A stretch of 64,000 nucleotides of DNA from Clostridia bacterium (GCA_017624905.1 JAGAMD010000021.1:1754-65753); one strand, 5' to 3'. Shown: positions 10,331-20,366, numbered from the stretch's first letter. Program-made: numbers and translations. The notes: generated by a model not told the origin, from the letters alone.

Positions 10331-11065
10331 TTATTTCTCCTTCATTATTTCCTCAATCATATCAGCTATACGGTCGCATTGATGCTTAGCGACCTTTTTT
10401 GTTTCCTCTTTAGCGTTAGAAACTGCATAACCCTCAAATTCCTTAATCATCGGGATATCATTCAAGTTGTCGCCAACGGTGTAGATTTTTGCATCCTTAT
10501 ACAAACTTGCATAGTCATAAATACCGCTGACCTTACTAACTCCGTACGGTGGCATATCAATGCTACCGCCGTTACGGAAAATGCTGATATCATCCTTGTG
10601 ATTTTTTATTACGTACTGAAGGAATTTTTCAGCATCCTCCTCTTTTTCGAACCAAGCATTTGCCTGTGTCATCTCGCTAATTGCAGAAAAGTCCTGCTTT
10701 ATACGGTTTTTCCTGTCCGCATAGCAGGTTGTCATTTCGTTGCTAACGCGAAAAACACCAAGAGAAAGTGTGCGTGCATAATTTAAAATTTCATTTATAT
10801 ACTCGCCTGTTTTTTGCTTTTTCGCACTGATTATTTCGCCATCAAAGCTGAGAATAATTCCACCTGTACAGCAAATAACGAAATCAACCTCAATGCCGAC
10901 TTTTTCAAGATCGTAAATAACCCACGTTGCCATTTCAAGATCTCTACCCGTTACTATCCCGAATTTGTTACCTGCTTCTCTAAATTTTTTTATTGCCTTC
11001 TTATCATCCTCACTAATACCATGGTGGTTTAGTGTGCCATCAAAATCACTTGCTATTATTATCAT
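10331..11065 (-). CDS. HAD-superfamily hydrolase, Cof/IIB type
   Basis: 244 aa. MIIIASDFDGTL (DxDGT motif I), VTGR, and a GDNLNDIPM motif IV. Confidence 0.85.
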   Translation of the reverse strand: MIIIASDFDGTLNHHGISEDDKKAIKKFREAGNKFGIVTGRDLEMATWVIYDLEKVGIEVDFVICCTGGIILSFDGEIISAKKQKTGEYINEILNYARTLSLGVFRVSNEMTTCYADRKNRIKQDFSAISEMTQANAWFEKEEDAEKFLQYVIKNHKDDISIFRNGGSIDMPPYGVSKVSGIYDYASLYKDAKIYTVGDNLNDIPMIKEFEGYAVSNAKEETKKVAKHQCDRIADMIEEIMKEK

Positions 11066-11487
11066 AATTTTTCCAACTCGTTTTCGTTTATTACTTTTAT
11101 ACTGTTTTTTTCTAAAAGACGGCCGGTAATTCCCTTTCCGTCTATGATGTTATGTTTAAATGTACCATCGTATATTTGAGAATTTGAGCACGATGGGCTT
11201 TTTGATTTTAATATTGCAATCTCTATTCCGTTTGCCTTGGATATTTCGAGCGTTTTTTCTGCACCCTTTGTGTAATTACTTGTTACATCATAGCCATCTA
11301 TTCTTATAACCTTATCACCTTTTATTTCAGCAGGTAATCTTGGTGTTTCAAGTCCACCTAAGCACTCAGGACATACGGGGATTAGCTCATATTTGTCTTT
11401 AAGCAGAATTACCTCTTGGTTTGGCTTGCTTTTGCCATCATATCGACACGGAGTGCCTAAAAGACACGCACTAACTAAAATCTTCAT
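11062..11487 (-). CDS. DUF523 (YbbK-like) protein
   Basis: 141 aa. MKILVSACLLGTPCRYDGKSK and CPECLGGL are the family signature as I recall it. Confidence 0.75.
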   Translation of the reverse strand: MKILVSACLLGTPCRYDGKSKPNQEVILLKDKYELIPVCPECLGGLETPRLPAEIKGDKVIRIDGYDVTSNYTKGAEKTLEISKANGIEIAILKSKSPSCSNSQIYDGTFKHNIIDGKGITGRLLEKNSIKVINENELEKL

Positions 11488-11948
11488 TTAATATTAACTC
11501 CGTCTATTGAGTATGAAACAAGAGTATCTCCTTGATATTCAAGCTTTAATGAGAAAAAATCGCTTCTTTTTTCAAGCAAATCAAAAAAGATATAATCTCC
11601 CTGCCACATTGGAATTTTATTTAGGTCGCTTTTTTCAATCCACTCAAGAGTGCCCTCATTGCATACAATTTGATTTCCACTGTATTGCTTACAAGTAAAA
11701 AGATGCATTTGCTCACATTCGTATTTATCAGAAACAAATGTAACTATGCCTCTATATATGGGCACAATATCAAGTCCTGTTTCCTCCTTAGCCTCACGAA
11801 CAACACATTCATAGGGGCTTTCATTCTCCAAAAAATGACCACCAATACCGACATATTTGCCTTGATTTTCATCATTTTTCTTTTTTATTCTATGTAGCAT
11901 TAAATAGCTATTTCCGTTTTCTATGTAGCAAAGCGTTGTATTTCTCAT
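11484..11948 (-). CDS. NUDIX hydrolase (MutT-like)
   Basis: 154 aa. Nudix box GIGGHFLENESPYECVVREAKEETGL. Confidence 0.88.
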   Translation of the reverse strand: MRNTTLCYIENGNSYLMLHRIKKKNDENQGKYVGIGGHFLENESPYECVVREAKEETGLDIVPIYRGIVTFVSDKYECEQMHLFTCKQYSGNQIVCNEGTLEWIEKSDLNKIPMWQGDYIFFDLLEKRSDFFSLKLEYQGDTLVSYSIDGVNIK

Positions 11949-12039
11949 ATCGTACCTCTTAATGTATTTATTTTATCATATATTTTAGCTTTTTTCAACA
12001 CAAATTGACACATAGCATAAGATAAAATTGGAGGTATTT

Positions 12040-12795
12040 ATGGAAATTGTTTTTTTAAGTGCGATAGGCGTTGGTTTTTCGACAATTTTAGGTGCACTTC
12101 TCGGCTTCATTTTAAAAAAGCCTTCTATGAAATTCAACAACATTATGCTTTCCTTTGCATCGGGGGTTATGCTTTCGGCTAGTATTTGGGGGCTTATTGT
12201 CCCTGCAATTGAATATAGTGCTTATTCCTTTATTATTACCATTATTGGCGTTTTTTGCGGTGCTCTTCTTATTGAGCTTTGTAACAAAGCAGTACCTCAT
12301 CTGCACAGCATAACAGGGCTTAATGATGGACATATATCTGCAAATGAAGACAAAATTAATAAGGTTTTGCTTTTTGTTATTGCAATAGGCGTACACAATT
12401 TGCCCGAGGGACTCGCAACCGGTGTTAGCTTTGGCACAGGAAATATAAAAGATGCTATAATGGTTGCCTTAGCTATTGCTCTGCAAAATATACCTGAGGG
12501 AATGATAATTATTGCCCCTATGCTTTCGCTCGGCATTAGTAAATGGCGTACTCTTTGTATCGCTTTTTTAACAGGTGCTATTGAAATTATCGGAACATTG
12601 GTTGGATATTTGCTTGTTAGTATTGTTGGCTCTATTTTACCTTTTTTGTTAGCTCTTGCCGGTGGAAGCATGATTTATGTAATAGCTGATGAATTAATTC
12701 CGGAAACGCACGAGGGGAACGGAAAAAAGGGCGTTTCTTATGCACTGCTTGCGGGATTTTGCTTAATGATTGTTATAAATTCTCTTCTTAATTAA
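12040..12795 (+). CDS. ZIP-family divalent metal transporter (ZupT-like)
   Basis: The track ORF starts at TTG 12028. ATG 12040 follows ggagg. HNLPEGLA and NIPEGM motifs; about 8 TM segments. Confidence 0.85.
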   Translation: MEIVFLSAIGVGFSTILGALLGFILKKPSMKFNNIMLSFASGVMLSASIWGLIVPAIEYSAYSFIITIIGVFCGALLIELCNKAVPHLHSITGLNDGHISANEDKINKVLLFVIAIGVHNLPEGLATGVSFGTGNIKDAIMVALAIALQNIPEGMIIIAPMLSLGISKWRTLCIAFLTGAIEIIGTLVGYLLVSIVGSILPFLLALAGGSMIYVIADELIPETHEGNGKKGVSYALLAGFCLMIVINSLLN

Positions 12796-12820
12796 AAAAA
12801 GAGCCGTTTGGCTCTTTTTT
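12794..12820. terminator. Bidirectional terminator shared by the ZIP gene and the small NKQE ORF
   Basis: aaaaaaa-gagcc-gttt-ggctc-tttttt. Confidence 0.85.
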
Positions 12821-12947
12821 AGTTTTCCTTATTTTTTTGCTTTTTATTTTCTTGCTTATTTTCCTGCTTGTTCTCTTGCTTATTTTGTTGTTTATTTTGT
12901 TGCTTCATTTCTTGCTTGTTTTGAGTGTTTTCTTGCTTGTTTTTCAT
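12819..12947 (-). CDS. 42-aa low-complexity N/K/Q/E repeat micro-protein (below the ORF-track size cut-off)
   Basis: Hand translation gives MKNKQENTQNKQEMKQQNKQQNKQENKQENKQENKKQKNKEN*. SD agaggt lies 7 nt upstream of the ATG. The stop abuts the shared terminator. The DNA has 12-nt periodicity. Confidence 0.55.
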   Translation of the reverse strand: MKNKQENTQNKQEMKQQNKQQNKQENKQENKQENKKQKNKEN

Positions 12948-13063
12948 TTTTATTACCTCTTTTTTATTTGGTAATAGTAGTTTTAGCAATTTTACGAAAA
13001 TAATACTTGACTATAAAAAATTATGGTGCTATAATTCTTTTAGAATTTTTTTGGAGGATTATT

Positions 13064-13372
13064 ATGCCGGAAATACTTGAAATTGTTATGCTTATTTGCT
13101 TTGGCTTTTCTTGGCCAATTAATGTTATAAAGGCTTACAAGGCCAGAACCACTAAAGGTAAGAGTGTTATTTTCATTTCTCTTATTTTGTTGGGATATGT
13201 TGCCGGAATTACGTCTAAGTTTATAAACCCTGATTTTGATTATGCAGGAAAATGGTATGTTCTATTTTTCTATTTCTTGAACTTTACAATGGTATCTCTT
13301 GACCTATTTATGTATATTAGAAACTATCGCCTTGACAAAAAGCGTGAGGCTGAACTCAAAAATCAAAATTAA
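13064..13372 (+). CDS. Small 3-TM membrane protein (PQ-loop-like)
   Basis: Trimmed to the ATG after ggagga. MPEILEIVMLICFGFSWPINVIKAYKARTTKGKS resembles a PQ-loop motif region. Weak assignment. Confidence 0.6.
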   Translation: MPEILEIVMLICFGFSWPINVIKAYKARTTKGKSVIFISLILLGYVAGITSKFINPDFDYAGKWYVLFFYFLNFTMVSLDLFMYIRNYRLDKKREAELKNQN

Positions 13373-13374
13373 AA

Positions 13375-13408
13375 ATAAAATGCGTACCGAATTGGTACGC
13401 ATTTTTTT
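13375..13408. terminator. Bidirectional terminator
   Basis: Stem aatgcgtacc (13379-13388) / ggtacgcatt (13394-13403), followed by a T-run. Confidence 0.8.
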
Positions 13409-14021
13409 ACTTATGGCTTTTTATTGTAATTGATTCGATAACCGGTCTGTCTGCTAATGCAACTGCTCCGTTATATCCCTGTTTAACAGTATCGCAAATT
13501 TCATCAACAACGTACATTCCCTTTATAACCTTGCCAAACGCAGCATATTGTCCATCAAGATGTGACGATGTTTGGTGCATTATAAAGAATTGACTAGAGC
13601 CACTGTTATAAACATCTGTACGTGCCATTGAAATAACTCCACGCACGTGAGTAATTGGATTATTTACTCCGTTTGCATAAAATTCGCCCTTAATAGATGG
13701 TGCATCCTTTTCATAACCGTTTTCATAGAAGCCACCGCCTTGAATCATAAAATCACTAATAATTCTATGGAAAACTAATCCATTATAAAAGCCTTCTTCT
13801 GCGAGCTTTACAAAGTTTTGTACCGTTATTGGTGCCTCGTTTCCATACAGCTCTATCTGAATTTCATCATAGCCTTTTATTTTTATTACAGCATAGTGAG
13901 TAACTGTATATCCCAAGCCTTTTGTATCCTCCGGCTTATCCTTTTTTCCACCACACGAAGAAAGTGGAAATACCATCACTAGCATCACTACTAGTATAAT
14001 CGAAATAATTCTCTTTTTCAT
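13407..14021 (-). CDS. ppiB: Cyclophilin-type peptidyl-prolyl isomerase, lipoprotein
   Basis: 204 aa. Lipobox FPLSSCGG. FHRIISDFMIQGG and SQFFIM cyclophilin motifs. Confidence 0.9.
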   Translation of the reverse strand: MKKRIISIILVVMLVMVFPLSSCGGKKDKPEDTKGLGYTVTHYAVIKIKGYDEIQIELYGNEAPITVQNFVKLAEEGFYNGLVFHRIISDFMIQGGGFYENGYEKDAPSIKGEFYANGVNNPITHVRGVISMARTDVYNSGSSQFFIMHQTSSHLDGQYAAFGKVIKGMYVVDEICDTVKQGYNGAVALADRPVIESITIKSHK

Positions 14022-14241
14022 AATTTTCTTCCTTTTATTTTTTCTTATGTAATTTTACCACAGTTTTCTTTTCAATTCAACAGTATTTTAAAAATATTTT
14101 TATATACGATATATACAAAACTCTATAATGCAGACTCTTAATAAATATTTTTCACTGTGGCGATTGCTTTTGCTCTATTTTGGTTATTTTTGGTTTTTTA
14201 TTAGTGCTATAATTCTATTGTTAATTATAAGGAGCAAGAGA

Positions 14242-14484
14242 ATGAAAACAGCAAAAATCAAATTAAGCAAAACAACAAACGCAAATTACATTTTAACTAT
14301 GGAGAATAGTCAGTATTCTATTATATGTATTGAGGAATGCCTAAATGATGGCACGTCTAAAATATATAAGGCATCGTGTATTACCTCGTCAAGAGCCTTG
14401 GCAAAGCACATTTTCAAATTAGTGGTGCGTGGCAAGGTCTTTGGTGTTACACTTTCGGATGTAATATACAACCTAATAGATTAA
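14242..14484 (+). CDS. Small hypothetical protein (possibly DUF6514-like)
   Basis: The track ORF 14128..14484 is trimmed to the ATG after SD aaggag. 80 aa, no TM. The family guess is from memory only. Confidence 0.5.
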   Translation: MKTAKIKLSKTTNANYILTMENSQYSIICIEECLNDGTSKIYKASCITSSRALAKHIFKLVVRGKVFGVTLSDVIYNLID

Positions 14485-14507
14485 AAGAGTGGCTTTACAC
14501 CACTCTT

Positions 14508-15491
14508 TTAATTATACATTTTCTTTATTTCTTCAATGCTTTCCTTTATTTTTTCAACTACTTTAGTAGGTGATAAAACCTTGAGCTTATCTCCAAAGGA
14601 GATACACCATCCTATAAACGCAGAGCTTATTTGCACATCCGTTGTAAATTCAGCCTCTTGGTCACTTATCATTTTCATTTTAAGTGTAGGACCAAATTTA
14701 TCATACATCGCATCAATCAGGCACTTATCTATTCTAATAGTTACAGTTGTATCCTCGCCGGCAAACATATTGAAAACTTGTTTTTTATGCTTCTTTACAT
14801 TAAACGTTTTTAATTCCGGCCTTTTTGTTATTGGCTCATCTGTAATTCTTACAGTATCCATACGGTCAATTCGATAGTGAGACATTCCCTCATGCTTGTC
14901 ATCATAACAAAGCAGATAATAGGAATCATTTGAAAATATAGTTGCATATGGATTTACTATATATTTCCTTTTGTCCTTTCTATATACCTTTTGATGAGAA
15001 ACATCATAATCAAAATAGAAAAACTCTATTTTTTTCTTTTTGTCAATTGCTGTAATAATTTCATTAACAGAATAATAAATCATTTTATTGGTATTTTTTA
15101 CTATATTGAATGCAACTGCATTTGACTTTAAAACCTCAGCCTTGCGATCACCGGATAAGGTTGCTATTCTATTAACTAAATCCTTTGTTTTTTCTTCAGT
15201 TATAAAGGATGCTGCTTGTACCGCGTCAATTAAAATATGCAATTCTGTTGGCTCAAAATTGCGTTCAAGAACGTAATATTCATTTTGACGGGAGCGATTA
15301 CATTCAACCTCATATCCGTTTTCTCTTAATGCTTCTATATCCTTGTATAGTGTACGTCTATCACAAGGGATACCGATTTCAGCAAGACGCTTTATGATAG
15401 TTGTGCTAGGCATTGGATTATCTTCGTCTGTTTCTTGACAAAGCATTTCCCAAAGTTTTAGTAGCTTTAGTTTAGTAATTGATTTTTCCAT
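14508..15491 (-). CDS. WYL-domain transcriptional regulator (N-terminal wHTH)
   Basis: 327 aa. The N-terminal wHTH (KLLKLWEMLCQETDEDNPMPSTTIIKRLAEIGIPCDRRTLYKDIEAL) and a central YYLLCYD...HYRIDRM block are typical of the WYL family. Confidence 0.8.
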   Translation of the reverse strand: MEKSITKLKLLKLWEMLCQETDEDNPMPSTTIIKRLAEIGIPCDRRTLYKDIEALRENGYEVECNRSRQNEYYVLERNFEPTELHILIDAVQAASFITEEKTKDLVNRIATLSGDRKAEVLKSNAVAFNIVKNTNKMIYYSVNEIITAIDKKKKIEFFYFDYDVSHQKVYRKDKRKYIVNPYATIFSNDSYYLLCYDDKHEGMSHYRIDRMDTVRITDEPITKRPELKTFNVKKHKKQVFNMFAGEDTTVTIRIDKCLIDAMYDKFGPTLKMKMISDQEAEFTTDVQISSAFIGWCISFGDKLKVLSPTKVVEKIKESIEEIKKMYN

Positions 15492-15706
15492 ATTGCACCA
15501 TCCAAGAAATATTTATTACATTATATCATAGGATTACGTTTATGTAAATATTTTTTGGCTAATTCTGTTTTTTTGATATAAAATATCAAATTTTCATAAA
15601 TTTAACTATTTACTTTTGTTTATTTTCAGTTTATACTATTATAGTAATATTTTATAGAATATTGTATTATTTAAGGAGAAAATGTCGTTTACCGACAACT
15701 TATAAT

Positions 15707-17347
15707 ATGAACAAACATATTGATGGAAAAAGCTATTCAAAAATGCTTCTTGGTGGTGCCTCTGCTCTTTTAGAACACGCACAAGAGGTCAACGATTTAA
15801 ATGTTTTCCCTGTACCTGATGGTGATACCGGAACAAATATGGCAAAAACACTTGAGGGTGGTATTGCTAAGCTTTCAACAGATGACACAGATAGCATCGG
15901 TGAAGCATCAAAGAGCTTTTCAAACGGTGTTTTGCTTGGTGCAAGAGGCAACTCAGGTGTCATTCTTTCTCAGATATTTGCAGGTATCAATGAGGAGCTT
16001 TCAAAATATGATGTTATTGATGCCAAGGGTCTTGCCGAGGCTTACAAAAATGGTATAAAGAAATCATACTCTGCTGTTCAAAATCCAACAGAGGGTACAA
16101 TTCTAACTGTATTTAGAGAAAGCACTGAATACGCAGCTGAAAACATTGATGAAAATTCAACCATCGAGGACTTTTTCAAGCTACATATTGAAAAGGCTAA
16201 GGAATCATTAGCAAAAACAAAGGAGCTTCTTCCTGTTCTTGCGGAGGCTGACGTTGTTGACTCCGGTGGAGCCGGATATTTATATATTGCTATTGGTATG
16301 TACGAGGTTTTAACCGGTAAGTCTTTACCTTCGTTCCAACTTGATAAGATTGAAAGTAAATCATCTTCGGTTAATATTGACATGTTTACACGTGATTCTG
16401 TGCTTGAGTTTGGATACTGCACAGAGTTCCTTTTAAGACTAACAACAAATAAGGTTGATCCTGACAATTTTGATATGAATCAAGTTCTTGATATTCTTAA
16501 CGAGCTTGGTGGCGAAAGCATTGTTGCTTATCAAACAGGCGATATTGTAAAGGTTCACGTCCACACCTTCACCCCCGGTCTTGTTCTTACAAGAATACAG
16601 GAATTTGGTGAATTTTTAACTGTGAAAATCGAGAATATGTCAGTTAGTCATTCCGGCACACCGGAAAAAAAGTCCTCAAACGGCAAGAGCTTTTCTGTTC
16701 TAACAGTCGCAAGTGGCGAGGGAATGTGCTCTTTATTTACTGATATGGGTGCTGATTTGATTGTTGCAGGTGGACAAAGTGCAAATCCTTCGACCGAAGA
16801 GTTTATCGAAGCATTTAACAAATGCGACACACCCAACATTCTTGTTTTACCAAACAACAAAAACGTATTTTTAGCGGCAAATCAAGCAGCGGAAATATAT
16901 AAGAATGCAAATGTACACATTATCCCTACCAAGAGCTTAATGCAGGGCTACGGAGCTTTATCAGTTATCACTCCCGGTATTACCGATATAGAAATGCTTG
17001 TTGAAAATGCGACACGTGCAGCAAATTCACTTATCGGCAGTGAAATCACTCGTGCTGTAAGAAATGTTACAATTAACGGCAAGGAAATCAAGGAAAACGA
17101 CTATATTGCTATCACAGACGGACAAATTAATGTAGTTAGCGACAGTGCTAAAAACGCTGTTTTAGCCGTTCTTGAAGATGCTGATATGGACGAATACGAG
17201 ATTGTTACTCTATTCGTTGGTAAGAATATTTCTGAAACTGAACGTGCTGAGCTAACCGAGAAAATTGAAGACCTATATCCTGATTGCGAGGTTATTGTTT
17301 ACGAGGGTGGACAAGACGTTTACGATTATCTTATAGCTATCGAATAG
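15707..17347 (+). CDS. fakA: Fatty acid kinase ATP-binding subunit FakA (DAK2-domain protein YloV)
   Basis: Trimmed to MNKHIDGKSYSKML by analogy with the YloV N-terminus. VFPVPDGDTGTNM Dak2 motif. About 546 aa, the typical YloV length. Confidence 0.88.
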   Translation: MNKHIDGKSYSKMLLGGASALLEHAQEVNDLNVFPVPDGDTGTNMAKTLEGGIAKLSTDDTDSIGEASKSFSNGVLLGARGNSGVILSQIFAGINEELSKYDVIDAKGLAEAYKNGIKKSYSAVQNPTEGTILTVFRESTEYAAENIDENSTIEDFFKLHIEKAKESLAKTKELLPVLAEADVVDSGGAGYLYIAIGMYEVLTGKSLPSFQLDKIESKSSSVNIDMFTRDSVLEFGYCTEFLLRLTTNKVDPDNFDMNQVLDILNELGGESIVAYQTGDIVKVHVHTFTPGLVLTRIQEFGEFLTVKIENMSVSHSGTPEKKSSNGKSFSVLTVASGEGMCSLFTDMGADLIVAGGQSANPSTEEFIEAFNKCDTPNILVLPNNKNVFLAANQAAEIYKNANVHIIPTKSLMQGYGALSVITPGITDIEMLVENATRAANSLIGSEITRAVRNVTINGKEIKENDYIAITDGQINVVSDSAKNAVLAVLEDADMDEYEIVTLFVGKNISETERAELTEKIEDLYPDCEVIVYEGGQDVYDYLIAIE

Positions 17348-17355
17348 GAGTTACT

Positions 17356-18351
17356 ATGTATAAAATTATTATCGACACTAAGGGCTCTGACAATGGACCT
17401 TCTGTTATAACAGCAGGTGCTTGTCAAGCACTTGCTAAATTTGACAATTTAGAGGTTATTTTGGTCGGTGACCACGATGTTATTTTGGAAGAGGTGAAAA
17501 AGCAAAACGCTCCTCTTGACAGAATAGAAATAATCGACGCACCAGACGAAATAAACAACTATGACAATCCAATGAGTGCTGTTTTTGAAAAGCCTAATTC
17601 ATCACTTATTGTAGCACTCGATACATACTCAAAGAGAGATGATATTTGTGGTATGCTAAACTCGGGCAATACAGGTGCGGTACTCACAGGTTGTATGAGA
17701 TTTTTAGCAGGAGAAAAAAGAGTTCGCCCTGCTATGGCAGCGGTTATGTTTACCTCAAATGGAAATCTTACCTGTATGCTTGATTCCGGCTCGGTGGTGG
17801 ATTGCAACGCCGAAACACTTGTAGAATATGCCCACTTAGGTGCAGAATTTATGGGCAAAATGTATGGCATAGAAAATCCTCGTGTTGCTCTGCTTTCTAA
17901 TGGCAGTGAGTCAACAAAGGGCAACAAGGTTGTAAAGGAAGCACACAAGCTGCTTGTAGAATCCGACCTCAATTTTGTTGGTAATGTAGAGGGAAACACA
18001 GCACTAAATGGTCTTTGCGATGTGCTTGTATGTGATGGCTTTGCAGGAAACCTTGTGTTAAAGGTTACTGAGGGTACTGCTAAGCGCATTTTAACCGACA
18101 TTGTTAAATATGCTAAAGAAACCGGTAGCAAGGAGGCTATGGAGCTATTTAACCACCTTCTAAAGGCGTATGATATTTCATCACTCGGTGGCGGGGTTAT
18201 CCTTGGCATTTCCAAAACTGTTATTAAAACTCGCAGTGCCGCTGACGAAAAAACAATTCTTTCTACAACAGAAATGATTCTTAACATGGCTCAAAATAAA
18301 GAAATTTATGATAAAACCAAACTAAAGGAGATAAATCATGTCCAAAATTAA
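17356..18351 (+). CDS. plsX: Phosphate acyltransferase PlsX
   Basis: Trimmed to MYKIIIDTKGSDNGP. FVGNVEGNTALNGLCDVLVCDGFAGNLVLKVTEG matches the PlsX core motif. Confidence 0.92.
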   Translation: MYKIIIDTKGSDNGPSVITAGACQALAKFDNLEVILVGDHDVILEEVKKQNAPLDRIEIIDAPDEINNYDNPMSAVFEKPNSSLIVALDTYSKRDDICGMLNSGNTGAVLTGCMRFLAGEKRVRPAMAAVMFTSNGNLTCMLDSGSVVDCNAETLVEYAHLGAEFMGKMYGIENPRVALLSNGSESTKGNKVVKEAHKLLVESDLNFVGNVEGNTALNGLCDVLVCDGFAGNLVLKVTEGTAKRILTDIVKYAKETGSKEAMELFNHLLKAYDISSLGGGVILGISKTVIKTRSAADEKTILSTTEMILNMAQNKEIYDKTKLKEINHVQN

Positions 18352-19231
18352 AATTGTTTGTACTTCAACCGGCGCTATTGAATACGCACCAGAGCGCTAC
18401 AGAAATTTAGGAATTGATATTTTAAGAATACATATGTCATTCAAGGGCAAGGAATATCTTGAAGGACCAGACCTTGACCCTGTTAGATTTTACGAAGAGC
18501 TTGAAACTCTTGAAAATCCAAAGAACAATCTACCAAAATCTGCTCTTCCTTCACCAGCTGAAATTTACGAATGCTTTGATAAGTCTGTTTCTGAGGGCTA
18601 CGATGAAATGATTATCTTTACAGTTTCATCCGGTCTTGGTGGAACATATAATGCAGTTTGCAATTTTGCTAAGGAATATACCGGAAACATCAAAATCCAT
18701 GTTGTTGATACAAAAATGGCTGCTTTTGGTGAGGGCTTACACGCTATTCGCGCTCAAGAAATGGTAAACAATGGTGCAACTGTTGAAGAGATATTAAAGG
18801 AATCAGAATGGGCTATCAAGCATCAAGAATTTATTGGTATTGATGGTAAGCTTGACTATCTTATTTACAATGGCAGACTAAAGGGTGCTAAGGCATTTAT
18901 GGGACAAATGCTAAAGATTTGTCCACTTCTCCGCTTCAAGGATGGAGAAATTGTTGCTGTTGAAAGCATAAGAACACCTAAGAAGGCTCTTAAGCGTACC
19001 TGTGAGGTGCTTAAGGAAATCATTGGCGACAGAAAGCCTGAGGATTATATACTTTTCCACGTATATACAGGTCCATCTATGCTTGAGCTACTCAAGGAAA
19101 TCGAAAAGGATTATGGCATTGAGACTAACCACGAGGATGTTATTATGGGTCCTGTTAGCGGCTGTCATAACGGTCCATGGCTTGCAGCATATAGTCTATA
19201 CCTAAAGCGTCGTGAGGACGAGGAGCTATAA
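18338..19231 (+). CDS. DegV-family fatty-acid-binding protein (FakB)
   Basis: 297 aa. Follows the DegV pattern (KIVCTSTG..., LPKSALPSPAEIYECF, IFTVSSGLGGTYNA). Overlaps the plsX stop by 14 nt. Confidence 0.88.
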   Translation: MSKIKIVCTSTGAIEYAPERYRNLGIDILRIHMSFKGKEYLEGPDLDPVRFYEELETLENPKNNLPKSALPSPAEIYECFDKSVSEGYDEMIIFTVSSGLGGTYNAVCNFAKEYTGNIKIHVVDTKMAAFGEGLHAIRAQEMVNNGATVEEILKESEWAIKHQEFIGIDGKLDYLIYNGRLKGAKAFMGQMLKICPLLRFKDGEIVAVESIRTPKKALKRTCEVLKEIIGDRKPEDYILFHVYTGPSMLELLKEIEKDYGIETNHEDVIMGPVSGCHNGPWLAAYSLYLKRREDEEL

Positions 19232-19237
19232 TTTTTT

Positions 19238-20356
19238 ATGCTAACTATTCAAGAGGTTAAGACTAAAAAGGATATAAAGGAATTTATTGAATTTCCGCTA
19301 AAATTATATCGTGAATGTCCATACTTTGTCCCACCTCTCTATTCTGATGAAAAAAAGTTACTTTTATCAGGTGGCAGTTCATCTGAGGCCGAGTCAATTT
19401 TCTTACTTGCGAGACGTGATGGCAAGGTTGTTGGTCGTATCCACGGTATTTTGCAAAAGCAATATAATCAGCTACATAACACGAAGCGAATTCGCTTTAC
19501 AAGATTTGATGCAATAAATGATAAAGAGGTATCAAAAGCATTATTTGATGCTGTTGAAGCTTGGGGACGTAGTCTCGGTATGACTGAGATTTGTGGGCCA
19601 CTCGGCTTTAATGACCTTGAGCGTGAGGGATTGCTTATCGAGGGGTTTTTTGAGGACTCAACCTTTGAAGAGCAATATAGCTACGAGTACTATCCTCATC
19701 TTATTGAATCACTTGGCTACAAAAAAGAGATTGACTGGCTTGAATTTGAGCTAAAAGCTCCGGAAAAGAAGAATGAAATGCTTGAGCGAGTTGCCAAAAG
19801 ATCGTTGGAGTTGAACAAACTACACATTGCTGACTCCAATATGTCAAAAAAAGCTTACCTTAACAAATACAAGGACGGATTTTTCGACTGTCTAAATGAA
19901 TGCTACAGCAAGCTTTATGGTACTGTTCCTATTCCAAAGGAGCAACAAAAGATACTTTTTGATCAGTTTATTTCTGTTATAAATACTGATTATTTTATCG
20001 TTATTTGTGATGAAAAGGAAAAGGTTGTTGCTTTCGGTCTATGCTTTCCTAGTATCGGTAATGCTTTAAAGAAGAGCGGCGGCAGATTAACCTTACCTGC
20101 TATTATCAAATTTTTAAAGGCTGTCAAGCATCCTAAGGTTATAGATCTAGGTCTTGTGGCTGTTTTGCCTGAATATCAAAATGCAGGTGTTAATGCTGCC
20201 ATAGTAAACGGTCTTGTTGATATGCTATCATCCGGCAAAATTGAAAGGGTTGAAACAAACTTAAATCTTGAAACTAACACACAGGTAATGGCTCAATGGA
20301 AATACGTCTCACCTAGACAACATAAGCGCAGACGTTCATATTTAAAATCGCTATAA
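19238..20356 (+). CDS. Two-lobed GNAT-like acyltransferase, substrate unknown
   Basis: 372 aa. N-terminal FPLKLYRECPYFVPPLYSDEKKLL. C-terminal GNAT-like core (LGLVAVLPEYQNAGVNAAIVNGL). Starts 6 nt after degV. Confidence 0.65.
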   Translation: MLTIQEVKTKKDIKEFIEFPLKLYRECPYFVPPLYSDEKKLLLSGGSSSEAESIFLLARRDGKVVGRIHGILQKQYNQLHNTKRIRFTRFDAINDKEVSKALFDAVEAWGRSLGMTEICGPLGFNDLEREGLLIEGFFEDSTFEEQYSYEYYPHLIESLGYKKEIDWLEFELKAPEKKNEMLERVAKRSLELNKLHIADSNMSKKAYLNKYKDGFFDCLNECYSKLYGTVPIPKEQQKILFDQFISVINTDYFIVICDEKEKVVAFGLCFPSIGNALKKSGGRLTLPAIIKFLKAVKHPKVIDLGLVAVLPEYQNAGVNAAIVNGLVDMLSSGKIERVETNLNLETNTQVMAQWKYVSPRQHKRRRSYLKSL

Positions 20357-20366
20357 GGAGATTATT

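Noticed and set aside
12822-12945. 12-nt periodic tandem repeat, considered as a mini CRISPR-like or purely structural microsatellite.
   Set aside because: The units are contiguous with no spacers. The repeat maintains an open frame with an SD and terminator, so it is better explained as a repeat-encoded peptide.
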